A DNA stretch of 64,000 nucleotides, taken from NCBI GenBank assembly GCA_040285855.1, contig JAUFOQ010000003.1, positions 1,984,001-2,048,000 on the forward strand. Direction: 5' to 3'. The notes beneath the pieces were generated by a model. The model made no database searches and was not told the DNA's origin. It saw only the letters and a program-made list of their open reading frames with translations. Each line of letters begins with the position of its first letter. Positions within the stretch are counted from its first letter, which is position 1. The stretch comes from Eukaryota sp. GEM-RC1. Taxonomy: Eukaryota. The position numbers and the translations under genes were made by a program. This document shows, in pieces, positions 12,801 through 25,188 of this stretch.

Positions 12801-14429
12801 TTTGCCCTTCTTTTCAATGCTTATTTTGTTGGCCAATATTGCAGCTAATATGTATGTTTTAGATGGTGGAAGAATAATTACCTATCGTATGTGTAGAAAA
12901 TTAAGTAAATCAATTTTTAGAGAGAATTGCTGGGTACACTTGTATTGTCCTTCAGACATCAAACGAATTCATCTTAAAACAGTAGTTATTATCAACTACT
13001 ACGACTGTAGCTGTGAAAGAACTTAAAAGTTCCAAAAAGCTATTTATGTTTTCTTCAACAAAGATTGACACAGAAATAGATCTAGAAGACGATTTAGAGT
13101 CCTTTTGGACATGATAGAGACTTTACAAGTTGACAAAGAAATTGACCAAGAGTCTCTTTCGAATAAATATAGACGATCTAGTGTTGGTAAGACTCACATC
13201 GTACCAATCAAAAGTACTGTCACTACCTATATTTTGAATGAAGAAAATTACTTTCATCATCACTTAAACGTTTTAAAAACATAAATCTGAGGGTTCCCTT
13301 ACCTTCAGAAAAGTAGAATAGTCACGAGAGTTCAACCAAAGATACAGAAAAGGCTGCAAAAGACCTTGCTCAACGAAGTGTGGCAATCCAGATCGGGCAA
13401 GAGAGAGAGAGAGGTTAGGAGAACATGAAGTACATAGAAGAGTTACTAGAATGCAAGGATCTAGAAGTAGATTACGAAAGTGAATGTGGTTGGAAGTCAC
13501 ACAAACATGGACACGTAACAAACAACAGAATTATTGCTGAGGGGGAAGAATGATGTGCTAGCAGTAGAGTTGAAGTGAGGTAGATCACTAGTTCTAGTTT
13601 CATTCGCTTTCAATGGAAGACTACAAGCTTGAGTTTGATAAATTGCAACGTACATCATAATTAAAGTCAGTTGTTGTATCTAGTGTATGGTCTCATCACA
13701 CCTAGACAGTAAGATCTGGAGTACGATCTAAGACACATTTATCTACATCAATAAATCAAACATGTTCTACTCTTTCTGCTAATTTCTCCATGAGTCAAAT
13801 GTGGGGAGCAGCTGTCACAAGACAATCTTCCAGTAACTAGAGTATCACTAGATTTCCGTTGATCTCTTCTGATCATAGAGCGACAGGTCACAATGTCTCG
13901 GCTCTTGGAAAGTGTTGTAATACAATGGAAGCCGATTTATTAATGCTTGCTGAACACGTTCGCTTAAGTAAACACTACTCCTAAAAAGAAAACATTGAGT
14001 GTAATGCATTGAGGAAAACATGTACGAGTTATATGGATTGAGATAAGAAGGAATCAATCAGGGGAAGAATTGTTGTGTCAAGGACTCTTTCTTTCTTTCT
14101 TCGACCGACCCAACGACACTTTCATTGCTATTTATGTCCTTGTGTATTCATTTGATATCAAGAAGAAATAAGCGAAGATGCCACTATAATCGGTGTGATT
14201 GCTGTCAACTTGTTTTGCATGGATATATAGGAGATACTTAAAAACCAAAATGATATAGCTTTTTAATCCGTTAATTATGTCTCTTAGACATAATAAGGAA
14301 CCATTTATGATTAGTTTCAAAATGATTGTGTGAGTGGTTTATTGTATAGCATATCTCTGACTTGATATTTTTGTGTTTTATCAAACGTTGGAACAATCAA
14401 AATTGCATTGTTCAAGTCCAGAAGTCATA

Positions 14430-14790
14430 GATTTGATAAGCGTCGTAGTGATTTAATTGCTCCTTGGCTTTCGATTATTATGGATTTCACTACTGTTGAT
14501 CCCTGTAATTGCAGTTCAGTCCACAAAAATTCTAGATGAAAATTTATGACCTCTCAAGACTACGGAAAATGGTAAGGACGCTAAATATGGTGACCCAATT
14601 ATTAGGCTGAATGCTGATAGATATAATTGTTTTGCTTTTCAGCCCTTTGCTATGTCACTTTATGGTAATATTGGTACTGCTGCACAACAGTTTTTAGTCT
14701 CTTTTGGAAAATTGTGTTCAGATTATGGAAAGGTGTTTGATTTTGGCTAAAGATTGACTGTTGCTTTGTTTCGGTCGATGTTTAGATATT
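14430..14790 (+). mobile_element. Degraded 3' end of a non-LTR retrotransposon with restriction-like endonuclease (CRE/R2-group)
   Basis: Manual translation gives KRRSDLIAPWLSIIMDFTTVDP...ENGKDAKY...FQPFAMSLYGNIGTAAQQFL, fitting the REL pattern R-x-D...D-x-T...E-x-x-K-x-x-K-Y...F-x-P...G; interrupted by stops and frameshifts. Confidence 0.6.
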
Positions 14791-15053
14791 TCAATTCTAT
14801 TTAACCTAAATTGTTTGATTCTAGTCAGGTGGAGTTTAGTTCAGTTACTTTAACCAGTTTCTTCTAGTTTTGGTTAGTGTACATTGTACGTGGTAAGTAG
14901 GCGTCTTCAAATAAAATTATCTAAAGTCATTGTTACCTTCGACTAAACCGTTATTAAACCACTATAAACCGGTGTTTACTGAAAGATAAAGTATTGTGGA
15001 TAAAAACATAAACTCAACAAACACATACAAAAATGACAACCAATTAATCACAA

Positions 15054-17287
15054 TCAATTAATAACAGATCTTGGATGAAGTTCTTCTTCTACTTTCTTAG
15101 CAATATCATTACGCCTTTCATTCCTCAATGTTCCTTTTCCCTTCCTATAAAGAGTAGCAATTTGACGAAGAGTTTGAACACTAAGATATTGTCCACTCGT
15201 CAACTTTTTCCAACCAATAAAGTGTTTTAGTTTTTCAAAACACCTAATAACTTCAGACCACGGTTGATTACGAGGGTTCCCTTCAAGAACCGAGGTACAA
15301 CGTTGAATAAGAGAGTCGACGACCAAACATTTAACTCTACGAGGCATTGGAAATGAAGTAGTGGATGTACCATTTGATAAATCGTTAAAAGAATCAGAAT
15401 ATTGTTTCACTAATTGTGACCAGTTATGAGGATATCTGGGGACACCTGAAAGATTGTCTGCAGATACAAAATCCATCACAAACTCACACAAATTGAAGGT
15501 TAAAAAAAGCAGCTTACTCTGAGCATGTGTGGAACCGTCAAATAGTACATCTTTGATAAAATTAAAGATTTCATTAATATCGTTAGACATACCTCTGGTA
15601 GAAGGACAAAAATCCAAAGTCTCTACTAAGAAGACAAACAAGCGTGTGTTAGAGGCGAGTATTAAGTGGTGAAATAGATGAAACTGACAAAGGCAGAAAA
15701 AAGGAATAAATCTAGAAGAAATCTTGGCAAAAAGTCGAACACGGTGGAGATTAGCAGAAGAACACACTGTTGAATGATTAAACTGTTGTCCTAGCATGGA
15801 TGAAGCAAAACAAAAAGCCATGAATACAAAATCAACATATCGTAAATGAACTTCTGGTAGACCTAATTCTTGTTCAAAATGATAACGTTGATAAACATGA
15901 CGGAGCGCAAGAGAGAAGAAAACGATTGGTGATTGAGAATCATCTAATGATTGGAAGAGCTCAAGCCATTCGGGACTAATATCTGGTAAAATCCACTGGT
16001 CACAGGGATCGTCGGCTTGTCTTTTGTGATAACTTTCAAGTATTCTCATTGCTATTTCACAGGGTGAGGCTTGATTGGACAAAAACATTTCTTGAAGTCG
16101 TGGACTCAACATTTGATCAATCGAAGTCTCCTCATCATGAGATGTTCTTTCATTGTTTTCGTTGATTGTAATATCTGTTCGTATTTGAGACATGTAAGTT
16201 CCAGGACCCAATAGTAAAGAAAGACCAGCAGTACCTCGGCGAACCATTTTCATTAGGAAAGAGTTTGTAGGATCACTGCTGGCGTCATACTATACCTTAG
16301 ATGGGGTTGAATGAACTTTTGAATATTCTTTTCCTGGAAAAAATCAAAGACGTTTTCGACAGATTCATAGGTTACACCTGTCCAACGTTCAGTCCCAACC
16401 TTTTGATAATAGCTGATAGTGTCGCAAACTGCCTCTTCCAAGAGTTCGTTAGATTTGACGTAGGAGAGCCATTGAGATTGAAATTCAGAATTGCGGAATT
16501 GGCTGAGAATTCGAGATAAGCGATGTGTGTGATTGCTCGATGGCCAGTCTCTAACCAAATGTTGTGTAGAATCAGATCCAGCCATTGCGGCGAAAGTCAT
16601 CAACTCAAGATCAGTCATTTGATAACGGTTCTTGAATAGGCTCTGGTCAAAGATGTAAAGCGTGACGGATTGTCCTCTCTTGATTTTCTCAAATGCGGTT
16701 TTCCAGTTCAATCGTTTTTTGAAGAAAGCTAGTCTACATCCCGGGAAGAAGCAGAAATCTGAGTCGTTTGAGATTACAGCATAAGCTTCTCCAGAAGCAA
16801 CACACTGTGCAACATAAGGATCTCCTTCATCTTTAGTAAGACGAAGTTTGTTCCCATGTGTAGGATTTGAGACATTGAGTTCAAGAGCTTCAAGTAAAAG
16901 GAGCAAGATGAGTGAACTGGGGTCGTCGTGTTTGTACTCCTTGCTTAAAGGATCTCTCGATTCAGCCAATAGGCGTTCCTGCATGTTGTGTGTGCTAGAA
17001 GTCTTTCTTAAGGCATCTTCAACAGATTTTCCTTCCGAATAGAAAATGAAGAACACATTAGAGTTGTTAAAAGTCTGAATAAAATCGTGAAACCAGTTGG
17101 TGATAGTAAAGGGAGACCACCCGTCACTAAAATCGGGCACTAGGTGGTGAACAATAGATTTGAAGTTACCAAGATCAATTGCGAAGTAGAGAGGTTCAGA
17201 TCTTGGTTCATGGGACAATCGAATGGATGTTATGGCTTCCTGAAGTTCAGCTCCGTGTAACAGACCGAAGAATCCGCGAACTCCCAT
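15054..17287 (-). CDS. Asteroid/FAM120-like XPG/FEN1-superfamily PIN nuclease; apparent -1 frameshift near 16259 joins two ORFs
   Basis: MGVRG start, FAIDLGN, DEGDPYVA, AVISNDSDFCFF and AAMAGSD motifs. The two ORFs abut at CTTTCC-TAATG, and one extra T fuses them. Confidence 0.72.
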
Positions 17288-17783
17288 TTCAACTCCCAAA
17301 ACGAATTTACACTTCCCACGTGCATTTTCTCCTCTTCTGGATCAACATTACGTTACTTGTTTGTCATTGAACTTCTGCTAAGTTAGTGTCGCGAACCTTC
17401 TGTGGAATCTCCAGCGGATAGCAATGCAATTGCTGAAATATTAACGCGGCTTAACTATATAATATATTTATGAATATTCCCTGACAGTGTTTCCCGTTAG
17501 TCCTTCTGTGTGCTTCTCATTGTTCACTAAATGCAATGATAACGTTTGGCATTGCATGAAACACACTGGAAGTTTTGCGCGACAGCATTTAGTAAATACT
17601 ATTTACAATATAAATTGTCTTTACAATGAGAAGAAAGTCCAGGTTGTCCGAGAAACAGTGTTCTAGTTGGATAATAGACTCTAACACGCGTGTCGATATC
17701 GTAAAAACACTCTAAAAAATACACTTTTTTGAAACGCCCCAAACAACCCATCCTCTTAGTTTTCTTTCTACAGTACTTAATTC

Positions 17784-18345
17784 ATGGAAGGCTTCACTAC
17801 CAATACGACTTTGGACATAGACGATAATACTTTGGTTATCACCATTAATACCGACAAATCTGCTGGAGTACGAGATCGTACTGTAATAGCTACTTCTAAT
17901 GGTCCATCTCCTGTTCCTGAAGATCCATCTCTGAAGGTTGACCTTTTCGTTCAGAAACGTCTCGTAGCGGATTCAGCTCATGTCTTCTTTGAAGATGATA
18001 AGCCAGATCCCAGTCAAACCCCCCTCTATTAGACATGTTCAAGTATGGAATTCCAAGGTCGAAGTACAGGACAATCTACTCATCTTATCTGTGAATCTTT
18101 CTAATTCTCCTCCTGGAAGTACTGTCGCCATGAGAGAGCAGGTGGCTTACTTTCTTGCTGAAGAAGGAATCGATGATCTTCCCAATATAAGAATCAAGCT
18201 TGTTTGTTTCCGAGTCCCTCATGCCAAAAGAGAAGAAGATGTTCCGCCAACACTTGAAGATCTTGTAAAGTCCTCAGTCACGTTTAATAGAAAGTTACAG
18301 ACTGATAGAACCCTCAGATATGAAATGAGTTGGGACGAGTACTAA
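17784..18345 (+). CDS. Hypothetical protein with two related beta-rich modules; apparent +1 frameshift near 18010
   Basis: Overlapping ORFs 17784..18032 and 17980..18345 join at GATCCCAGTC; the halves share a pattern (DIDDNTLVITINTD vs EVQDNLLILSVNLS). Confidence 0.6.
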
Positions 18346-18998
18346 CGGTCTTTGTGTATCTCTTAACTGGATCAATGTGATTACGTCTGGTCTGTTTTTG
18401 TATGTATTTAGATCATTTTCTTGATTTCTCTCTAGATGTGTGTTGTTACTAGCAAGTTTTTTATGGTAAACAAGAGGATGAACAAACGCTTTGTCATCTG
18501 TTGTGAAGTAATTTTTTACTTTGTAGTGCTTAGTGTTTTTAATAGAATTCCCCTTATCGTCTCCACAGCTTTTCTAACAGTGAGTTCTTTTTATGAAGAT
18601 AAAACTGTGGTAAGATTTGATTGTGATGGACTTGAGTGTTGTTTTCATTACAAATGATGACATGCTTATCACATTCACTGTATCTATTTTCTTGGATCTT
18701 ATGTTTATTCTCTTAATTTTTTTTTATTACAGTAGGTAGTCTACGGGACGGTAGTAGTTGTTTGTCAAACTGAACATGTTCATTGTTTCTCGAACAAAAT
18801 TTGACGAAGGCCTTTTTGAGCTCATCACTATACTGTTGTAAAGCAGGAATAATCTAAATGTAAAACGCAGAGAATACGATACTGAAGGCAAGAACAGTAT
18901 ATCGATATGTGAATTGACATCAACTCGCCAAAATCCGTAACACTGCTTCTTCTTCAAGTTGATACAAACTCCAACCATCCTGTTTATAGCTACATCTC

Positions 18999-20183
18999 AT
19001 GGACGACTATGATTGTCTCGAAGTCATCGGAGAAGGTACCGGTGGTACAGTCTACCGCTGTATCCATAAACATACTAAACAAGTCGTTGCTTTAAAACGC
19101 ATGAGATCTGGTGATCTCAAAGAAGGCATCCCTTTCTCTGCTCTTCGCGAAATCAAGTTTCTCCGTGAACTATCACATCCTCGCATTGTATCACTATATG
19201 ACGTCTTCTCCCACGGCGATAACATCTATCTAGCATTTGAATTCCTACAAACAGATCTTGACCATTTAATCCACAACAAAACTGTAGTACTCACACCATC
19301 CCACATCAAAGCTTACATGAGAATGCTGCTAGAAGGTCTGAAATTCCTACACTCCAACTTTATTTTTCACAGGGATGTTAAACCTGGGAACTTGCTACTC
19401 TCGTCAACAGGTGAGCTCAAAATCACTGATTTCGGTCTCGCCAGAACTTTTGGATCTCCTCATAAAGTTCTTTCAGGAACCATTGCCACTATATGGTACA
19501 GAGCACCTGAGATCCTCTATGGAGCTCGATTCTACGGCCCAGCTATTGATCTATGGGCAGTAGGCTGTATATTTGTTGAATTAATGACAAGACGACCTCT
19601 CTTCCCTGGCAATAGTGACTTGGATCAACTAAACAAGATATTCTCTGTAGTAGATCCACCTACCAACGATTCCTGGCCTGATGTCACTCTACTTCCTTCC
19701 TTTGTTCCCACGAAACCCTCTAAACTATGTACTCTACAACAGATAGTACCTCCTTTCTTTGGTGAGGATGCTCTTGATTTAGTTACAATGCTGCTCACTG
19801 CTAATCCAAACACTAGGATAACTGCAGAGAAAGCATTGGATCATCGATATTTCACTGAGGGAGTATTGGCAACTCCCATCAATGAATTACCTTTTTCTAC
19901 TAGAGCTCCTGATACTACTCCTGGAACTGGATCCGAGACTGTAGGACGAAGACTTGGATTTTTGAATTTAGACACGCCTAGAACAGAGAAAACACCGTTG
20001 AATTCTGAACAAATTTCAATGTCTCGATCTAAGCCTCCAACGATTTCTTCTGTAGACAGGGCTTTCCTTAGACAGAGGAAGCTTGACCTTGATGCGGAAT
20101 TAACTGATGATGATGAAGATTTTGGATCCCCGCCAGGAAGTAGAAGTGTTGATAGACCAGTCAAACAAGCACGTTTAGTATGA
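18999..20183 (+). CDS. CDK7: Cyclin-dependent kinase, CDK7/CAK-like
   Basis: GEGTGG, VALK, EGIPFSALREIKFLREL, HRDVKPGN, DFGLARTFGSP, WYRAPEILYGARFYG. Confidence 0.82.
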   Translation: MDDYDCLEVIGEGTGGTVYRCIHKHTKQVVALKRMRSGDLKEGIPFSALREIKFLRELSHPRIVSLYDVFSHGDNIYLAFEFLQTDLDHLIHNKTVVLTPSHIKAYMRMLLEGLKFLHSNFIFHRDVKPGNLLLSSTGELKITDFGLARTFGSPHKVLSGTIATIWYRAPEILYGARFYGPAIDLWAVGCIFVELMTRRPLFPGNSDLDQLNKIFSVVDPPTNDSWPDVTLLPSFVPTKPSKLCTLQQIVPPFFGEDALDLVTMLLTANPNTRITAEKALDHRYFTEGVLATPINELPFSTRAPDTTPGTGSETVGRRLGFLNLDTPRTEKTPLNSEQISMSRSKPPTISSVDRAFLRQRKLDLDAELTDDDEDFGSPPGSRSVDRPVKQARLV

Positions 20184-20385
20184 TTGGAATTATTTATTTT
20201 TGGTGTATTTTGTTATTGTATCTTTTAGTCAGACGTGAGGTTAATTCTGAATTTTTTGAATTTTGTTCCATTCTTTGAGAATTGTATTCTGAGAATATGC
20301 GAATAAATAACCTACGTGTTAAGAAATTGTGTATTTTGCTAGGACACATAACAAAACACTACGTAAATTCAAAATCTATTAAAAT

Positions 20386-20659
20386 CATAGCTGTCCATGA
20401 CACCAACAATTCCACTGTCATGACATTCATTGCATAATTACACCCATAGTTGGAAGATAGACGTCGGTTTAACAAAATACACATACAGTACTGCTTAATA
20501 CAGTCGTATTCAAAAACAATTGGTTATTTACTCATCTGTGTAGATTGTACGCGTTGACTATTAATTTTAAATCAAAAACTATCTTGCTGAACGATTTAAC
20601 GATGTTACCATTGTCGTGAACTAAGTTGCCAAATTGTCATGACGTCATTAGCAGCTATG
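20386..20659. mobile_element. Possible old MITE
   Basis: Termini CATAGCTG...CAGCTATG with TGTCATGAC palindromes near both ends; TSD only partial (ATTAAAAT/ATTGAACA). Confidence 0.4.
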
Positions 20660-20805
20660 ATTGAACACACTTTCAAACTACCCAATTCCGACATGTAACC
20701 TACATCTTTGCTTTTACGTAAACTTTCAAAGATTTTTGGTGACGTATCGTAACAATAATGACCAAGCATGTAGCTTAGAAGATCGAAATCGACATTTTTT
20801 TCTTT

Positions 20806-22210
20806 ATGAATCCGGCGTTTCTTCCTGATGCTGTCGTCAACCTAGTCTATTGGACCAAACCTCTCGTTTCAGGACTTGCTGTTCTCGTTGGCTGTGCTGT
20901 CTATTTGTTGTGGAAATTAGGAGGTGCGTCGATCATCAGTATTTTATCTGTGATGAGCTTTGTGTATCTTGTCCTAGGCCATCTTAAGAAACGTACTTTT
21001 CCTGGTCTTATTAGAAGTCGAACTTCCTCAATCAATGATCATTCCCAAAACACTATCTCTTCTGAATCTTTTCACCACTTCCTTCTCGGTATTCAACCCC
21101 TAACCAATCGTCTTTGTCAATTAGGATGGAAGATCTTCACATTTAAGGATACCATTCTGACAATGAAGGCTACTTCAATTTGTTTGATTATGTATGTTAT
21201 GGGCACACATATTACTGGTATTACCATTTTCTTTGCAGTTTTCTTGATCACAATGTTTGTTCCAAAGTTATGTGCTACATTTCCCAATCAAATGTTCTTT
21301 GTTCACACTGTTGTTCCTCAGCAGTTCTGTCGTTTTGTTGACAGTTGTGTATTTTGTGGTAGAAGAGGTGTTGTCCGCTGTAAGTTTCTATGTGTCAAAA
21401 TAATACTGAGGACAAAGCTTGATCATTTCCTTAGAAGAATCAGAATTCTAAAATCCGTACATTCTACTACCAATGACCATCTTCGCGGGAAACGTCAAAG
21501 AAAGAGGAGTAAAAGCTCCAGCCACTATAAGTTGAATCTGCCGTTTCTTCCTGATGCTGTCATCAACCTAATCTACTGGACCAAACCTCTCCTTTCAGGA
21601 CTTGCTGTTCTCGTTGGCTGTGCTGTCTATTTATTGTGGAAATTAGGAGGTGCGTCTATCATCAGCATTTTATCTGTGATGAGCTTTGTGTATCTTGTGC
21701 TAGGCCATCTTAAGAAACGTACTTTTCCTGGTCTTATTAGAAGTCGAACCTCTTCAATCCATAATCATCCCCAGAAAACTATCTCTTCTGAATCTTTTCA
21801 CCACTTCCTTCTTGGTATTCTACCCCTAGCCAATCGTGTTTGTCAATTAGGGTGGAAGATCTTCACATTTAAGGATACCTTTATGACTTTAAAAGCTATT
21901 GGTGTTAGTTTGTGTATGTATCTCATGGGCATTCATGTTAGTGGTCTTACTATCATTTTTGTAGTTTTCTTGATCACAATGTGTGTCCCAAAAATATGCG
22001 CAACCTTCCCAAATCAAATGTTCTTTGTTCACATTGTTGTTCCTCAACAGTACTGTCGTTTTGTTGACAGTTGTGCGTTTTGTGGTGGAAGAGTTGTCGT
22101 CAGATGTAAGTTTCTATGTGTCAAAATAATACTGAAAACAAAGCTTGATCATGTCCTTCGGAAAATCAGAATTCTAAAATCCATAGATTCTACTACCAAT
22201 GACCATCTCC
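20806..22210 (+). repeat. Intragenic tandem duplication, period about 726 bp
   Basis: 20806-21484 and 21532-22210 are closely similar at DNA level (for example TTTCTTCCTGATGCTGTC...CTACTACCAATGACCATCT). Confidence 0.95.
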
Positions 22211-23354
22211 TTGAGAAACTAGTGGAAAGTGGAAACAGCTACAACTACTATGAGTCTGTAGTAGAAGTCAAGAGACGTACTATTGACTGGGATAGGTTAA
22301 GTTCTAAGTTAAAGAATTTGTGTGAAGAAATCACGGAAAACAGGGTTGTTAATGTCAGTCTTCAAAGTAACTCTATTGGTCCTGAAGATGCTATTGCGCT
22401 TGCAGATGCTTTAACAGTGACTTCGTCTGTTAAATACATCTATCTACAACGGAATTCTATTGGATCTGAAGGTGCCATTGCAATTGCAGATGCCTTAAAA
22501 GTAAATTCGTCTGTTACGTTTGTCGATCTTCAACATAATTCTATTGGTTCTGAAGGTGCTTTGGCAATCGCAAAGACTTTAAAATTGAATTCATCAATTT
22601 CTGGTTTATTTCTTGAAAATAATTCTATTGGATCTGAAGGTGCTTTAGCATTTGCTGATGCCTTAAATGTGAATTTTTCACTTACTTATATCAATCTTTC
22701 AAATAATTCCATTGGGTCTGAAGGTGCTTTAGCAGTCGCAGATGCTTTGAAGGTAAATCCTTCAGTTACTTACATTAATCTTTCAAATAATTCCATTGGT
22801 TGTGAAGGTGCTTTAGCAGTCGCAGATGCTTTGAAGGTAAATCGTTCAGTCACTTATATCAATCTTTCAAATAATTCCATTGGTTGTGAAGGTGCTTTAG
22901 CAGTCGCAGATGCTTTGAAGGTAAATCGAACGCTTTCTTCTCTTGTGCTAGTCAACAATTCCATTAGGTCTGACGGTGCTACAGCCCTCGCAAAAGCCTT
23001 AAACGTGAATTCCTCTCTTCTTTTCCTTAATCTAGATGACAATTCTATTGGCTCAGAAGGAGTTATACCTATTGCACAGGTTCAAAAATGGATTCGTCTG
23101 TTACTTTTATGCTTCTTGCTAACAATTCCATCGGCAATATAGGTATTGAAGCCCTTACCGAGGCTAAGAAAATGAACTCCTCTATTGCCGTGCTTGGTAT
23201 CACTGGTAACTTCATTGATAGAGATACGGAAGAGTTGTTCCTGAAAACTCACATTGGACCTGAAATTCAAACAGCTCTCGAACAGTTTAAATTTAAATTG
23301 TTAGCTCAGCGTCCTCCATTTTTAGACAAGAGAACTTTTTATGACTGGTGTTGA
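20806..23354 (+). CDS. Tandem reticulon-like domains fused to RI/NLRC3-type leucine-rich repeats; apparent -1 frameshift near 23086
   Basis: Two copies of VNLVYWTKPLVSGLAV...SIISILS...LITMFVPK (reticulon homology pattern), then about 10 28-aa repeats LSNNSIGSEGALAVADALKVN. Confidence 0.85.
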
Positions 23355-23826
23355 TGTCTAGAAATGGTTAGTGGAAGAAAAGATCTGATTGTATTTATGT
23401 ATTCCAATCAAGAACTTGTGCTGTTCAGATGCCACCGATTTAACCTCAAAAAACCTATTACAGTAGAACTAAACTGCGTAAAGAGTTGAAGTCTTTTTCT
23501 GAAACTTCGCTCAATGCTTTCAACATTCGTTGTATTTGTCCAGTATAATGCAGTACAAGTCTACTGATTTAAAATCCAGTAGTTCTTGATGGAAAGCAAG
23601 TGTTACGGCGACTTCTTACTTAGTGTAGTAAACAGTTTTATAACGAGTTTTCGTAATGTAATTCAGTTTATAAAAGACAATGAATGTGATTAATAATAGA
23701 AACGAAACTACAGATCAGTTTGGATTTGGTGTAGCCTCTGTGCCTGTCAAATCCACGGTGTCATCACTACCAGGTTAATCTACTTTTAGAAGAATCGACA
23801 TTGACTTCCGAAAACAATCTCCTGTA

Positions 23827-24981
23827 ATGTCTGAACATAAATTTTGGAGTACCCAACCAGTACCACAGTCCAAAGCATCTACACTACCTGAAGGTCCCAT
23901 CTCGATTCCTTCAACTGTTTCTTCCAAACCTCTTCCTCTTCCACCAGGTTTTGAGTGGGTTGAACTAGATCTTCTTGATCCATCAGACAAACGTCAAATT
24001 TACGAACTTCTCAGTCATCATTACGTTGAAGATGATGATAGCATGTTCCGATTCGATTACTCATCTGAATTCATCTCTTGGGCTCTCACTCCCCCAGGAT
24101 ATATCAAGGAGTATCACATTGGTATCCGATCTTCTACTGGGGCTCTTCTTGCTTTCATTAGTGGTGTTCCACAAAAGCTGATAGTTCGAGATAATGAAAT
24201 AGAGTCTGTTGATATCAACTTTCTCTGTGTTCATTCCCAGCTTCGATCCAAACGTCTTGCACCGGTTCTCATTAAGGAAATCACCAGGCGTGTGAATCTT
24301 AATGGAGTTTACTTCGCTGCTTTCACTGCCGGTATTGCTCTACCAACACCCTACAGCGATGCCCAGTACTTCCATCGTCCTTTGAACATTCCAAAACTGG
24401 TGGAAATTGACTTCTTGTCTTTGCCTGCACAGAAGGTTTCAACAATGACCAAGCTTTATTCTCACGTTCCCTATCTATCTGATTTCAAGAATATAATGAG
24501 AGAAATGGAAGAGAAAGACGTTGCATCAGTGACCGAAATTCTTAATATCTATCTTGCTAAGTTTGTTGTTCATCCTGTGTTCACACCTGAAGAAGTTTCT
24601 CATTACTTTCTCCCCATTGCTAATGTTGTATCTAGCTTTGTTTTTGTTGATGAGAATGATCACGTCACTGATTTTATTTCTCTCTACCACCTTCCTTCTT
24701 CAGTTTTGAGAGCGACAAAGGAGGAGAATAAGCATTTGAATGCTGCTTACTTGTATTATTATGCTTCTAGCGCCGTTCCATTAGTGGAGATGGTTAAGTG
24801 TGTGTTGAATTGGGCCAAGGATGCAGGTGTGGATGTTTTCAATTGTTTGTCTGTGATGGACAACCGTGAGTTCTTGAAACCTTGCTTATTTGGCCCTGGT
24901 GATGGAAATTTAAATTATTATATGTTCAATTGGAGGTTGAATCCACTTAAGGATTGTGAGGTGGGTCTTGTTTTGCAGTGA
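23827..24981 (+). CDS. NMT1: Glycylpeptide N-myristoyltransferase
   Basis: HKFWSTQPV, HYVEDDDSMFRFDYS, INFLCVHSQLRSKRLAPVLIKEITRRVN, FGPGDGNLNYYMFNW, C-terminal GLVLQ. Confidence 0.98.
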   Translation: MSEHKFWSTQPVPQSKASTLPEGPISIPSTVSSKPLPLPPGFEWVELDLLDPSDKRQIYELLSHHYVEDDDSMFRFDYSSEFISWALTPPGYIKEYHIGIRSSTGALLAFISGVPQKLIVRDNEIESVDINFLCVHSQLRSKRLAPVLIKEITRRVNLNGVYFAAFTAGIALPTPYSDAQYFHRPLNIPKLVEIDFLSLPAQKVSTMTKLYSHVPYLSDFKNIMREMEEKDVASVTEILNIYLAKFVVHPVFTPEEVSHYFLPIANVVSSFVFVDENDHVTDFISLYHLPSSVLRATKEENKHLNAAYLYYYASSAVPLVEMVKCVLNWAKDAGVDVFNCLSVMDNREFLKPCLFGPGDGNLNYYMFNWRLNPLKDCEVGLVLQ

Positions 24982-25188
24982 AGTTTTTAATAAACTTTAG
25001 TTTTTGAAATATATGTCGATGAATCTTGGAGTCTGATCGAATCTTAACTTGAGGTGCTTAACGATTGTATCTCATTTTCGGCATTAGTGTTGTTATTTAA
25101 ATAATAGCACAGGCATTTTTAAGATATTAAAATAACATAATATAGATCGACATTCCTTTTATAATTATATTTACACATGCACGACATT

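Noticed and set aside
13676..13740. tRNA-like stretch TAGTGTATGGTCTCATCACACC
   Set aside because: No convincing T-arm (GTTCRA) or acceptor stem.
16250..16256. TAATG stop-start overlap suggesting termination-reinitiation or an operon
   Set aside because: Adding one T to the adjacent run fuses both ORFs, like the many other homopolymer breaks.
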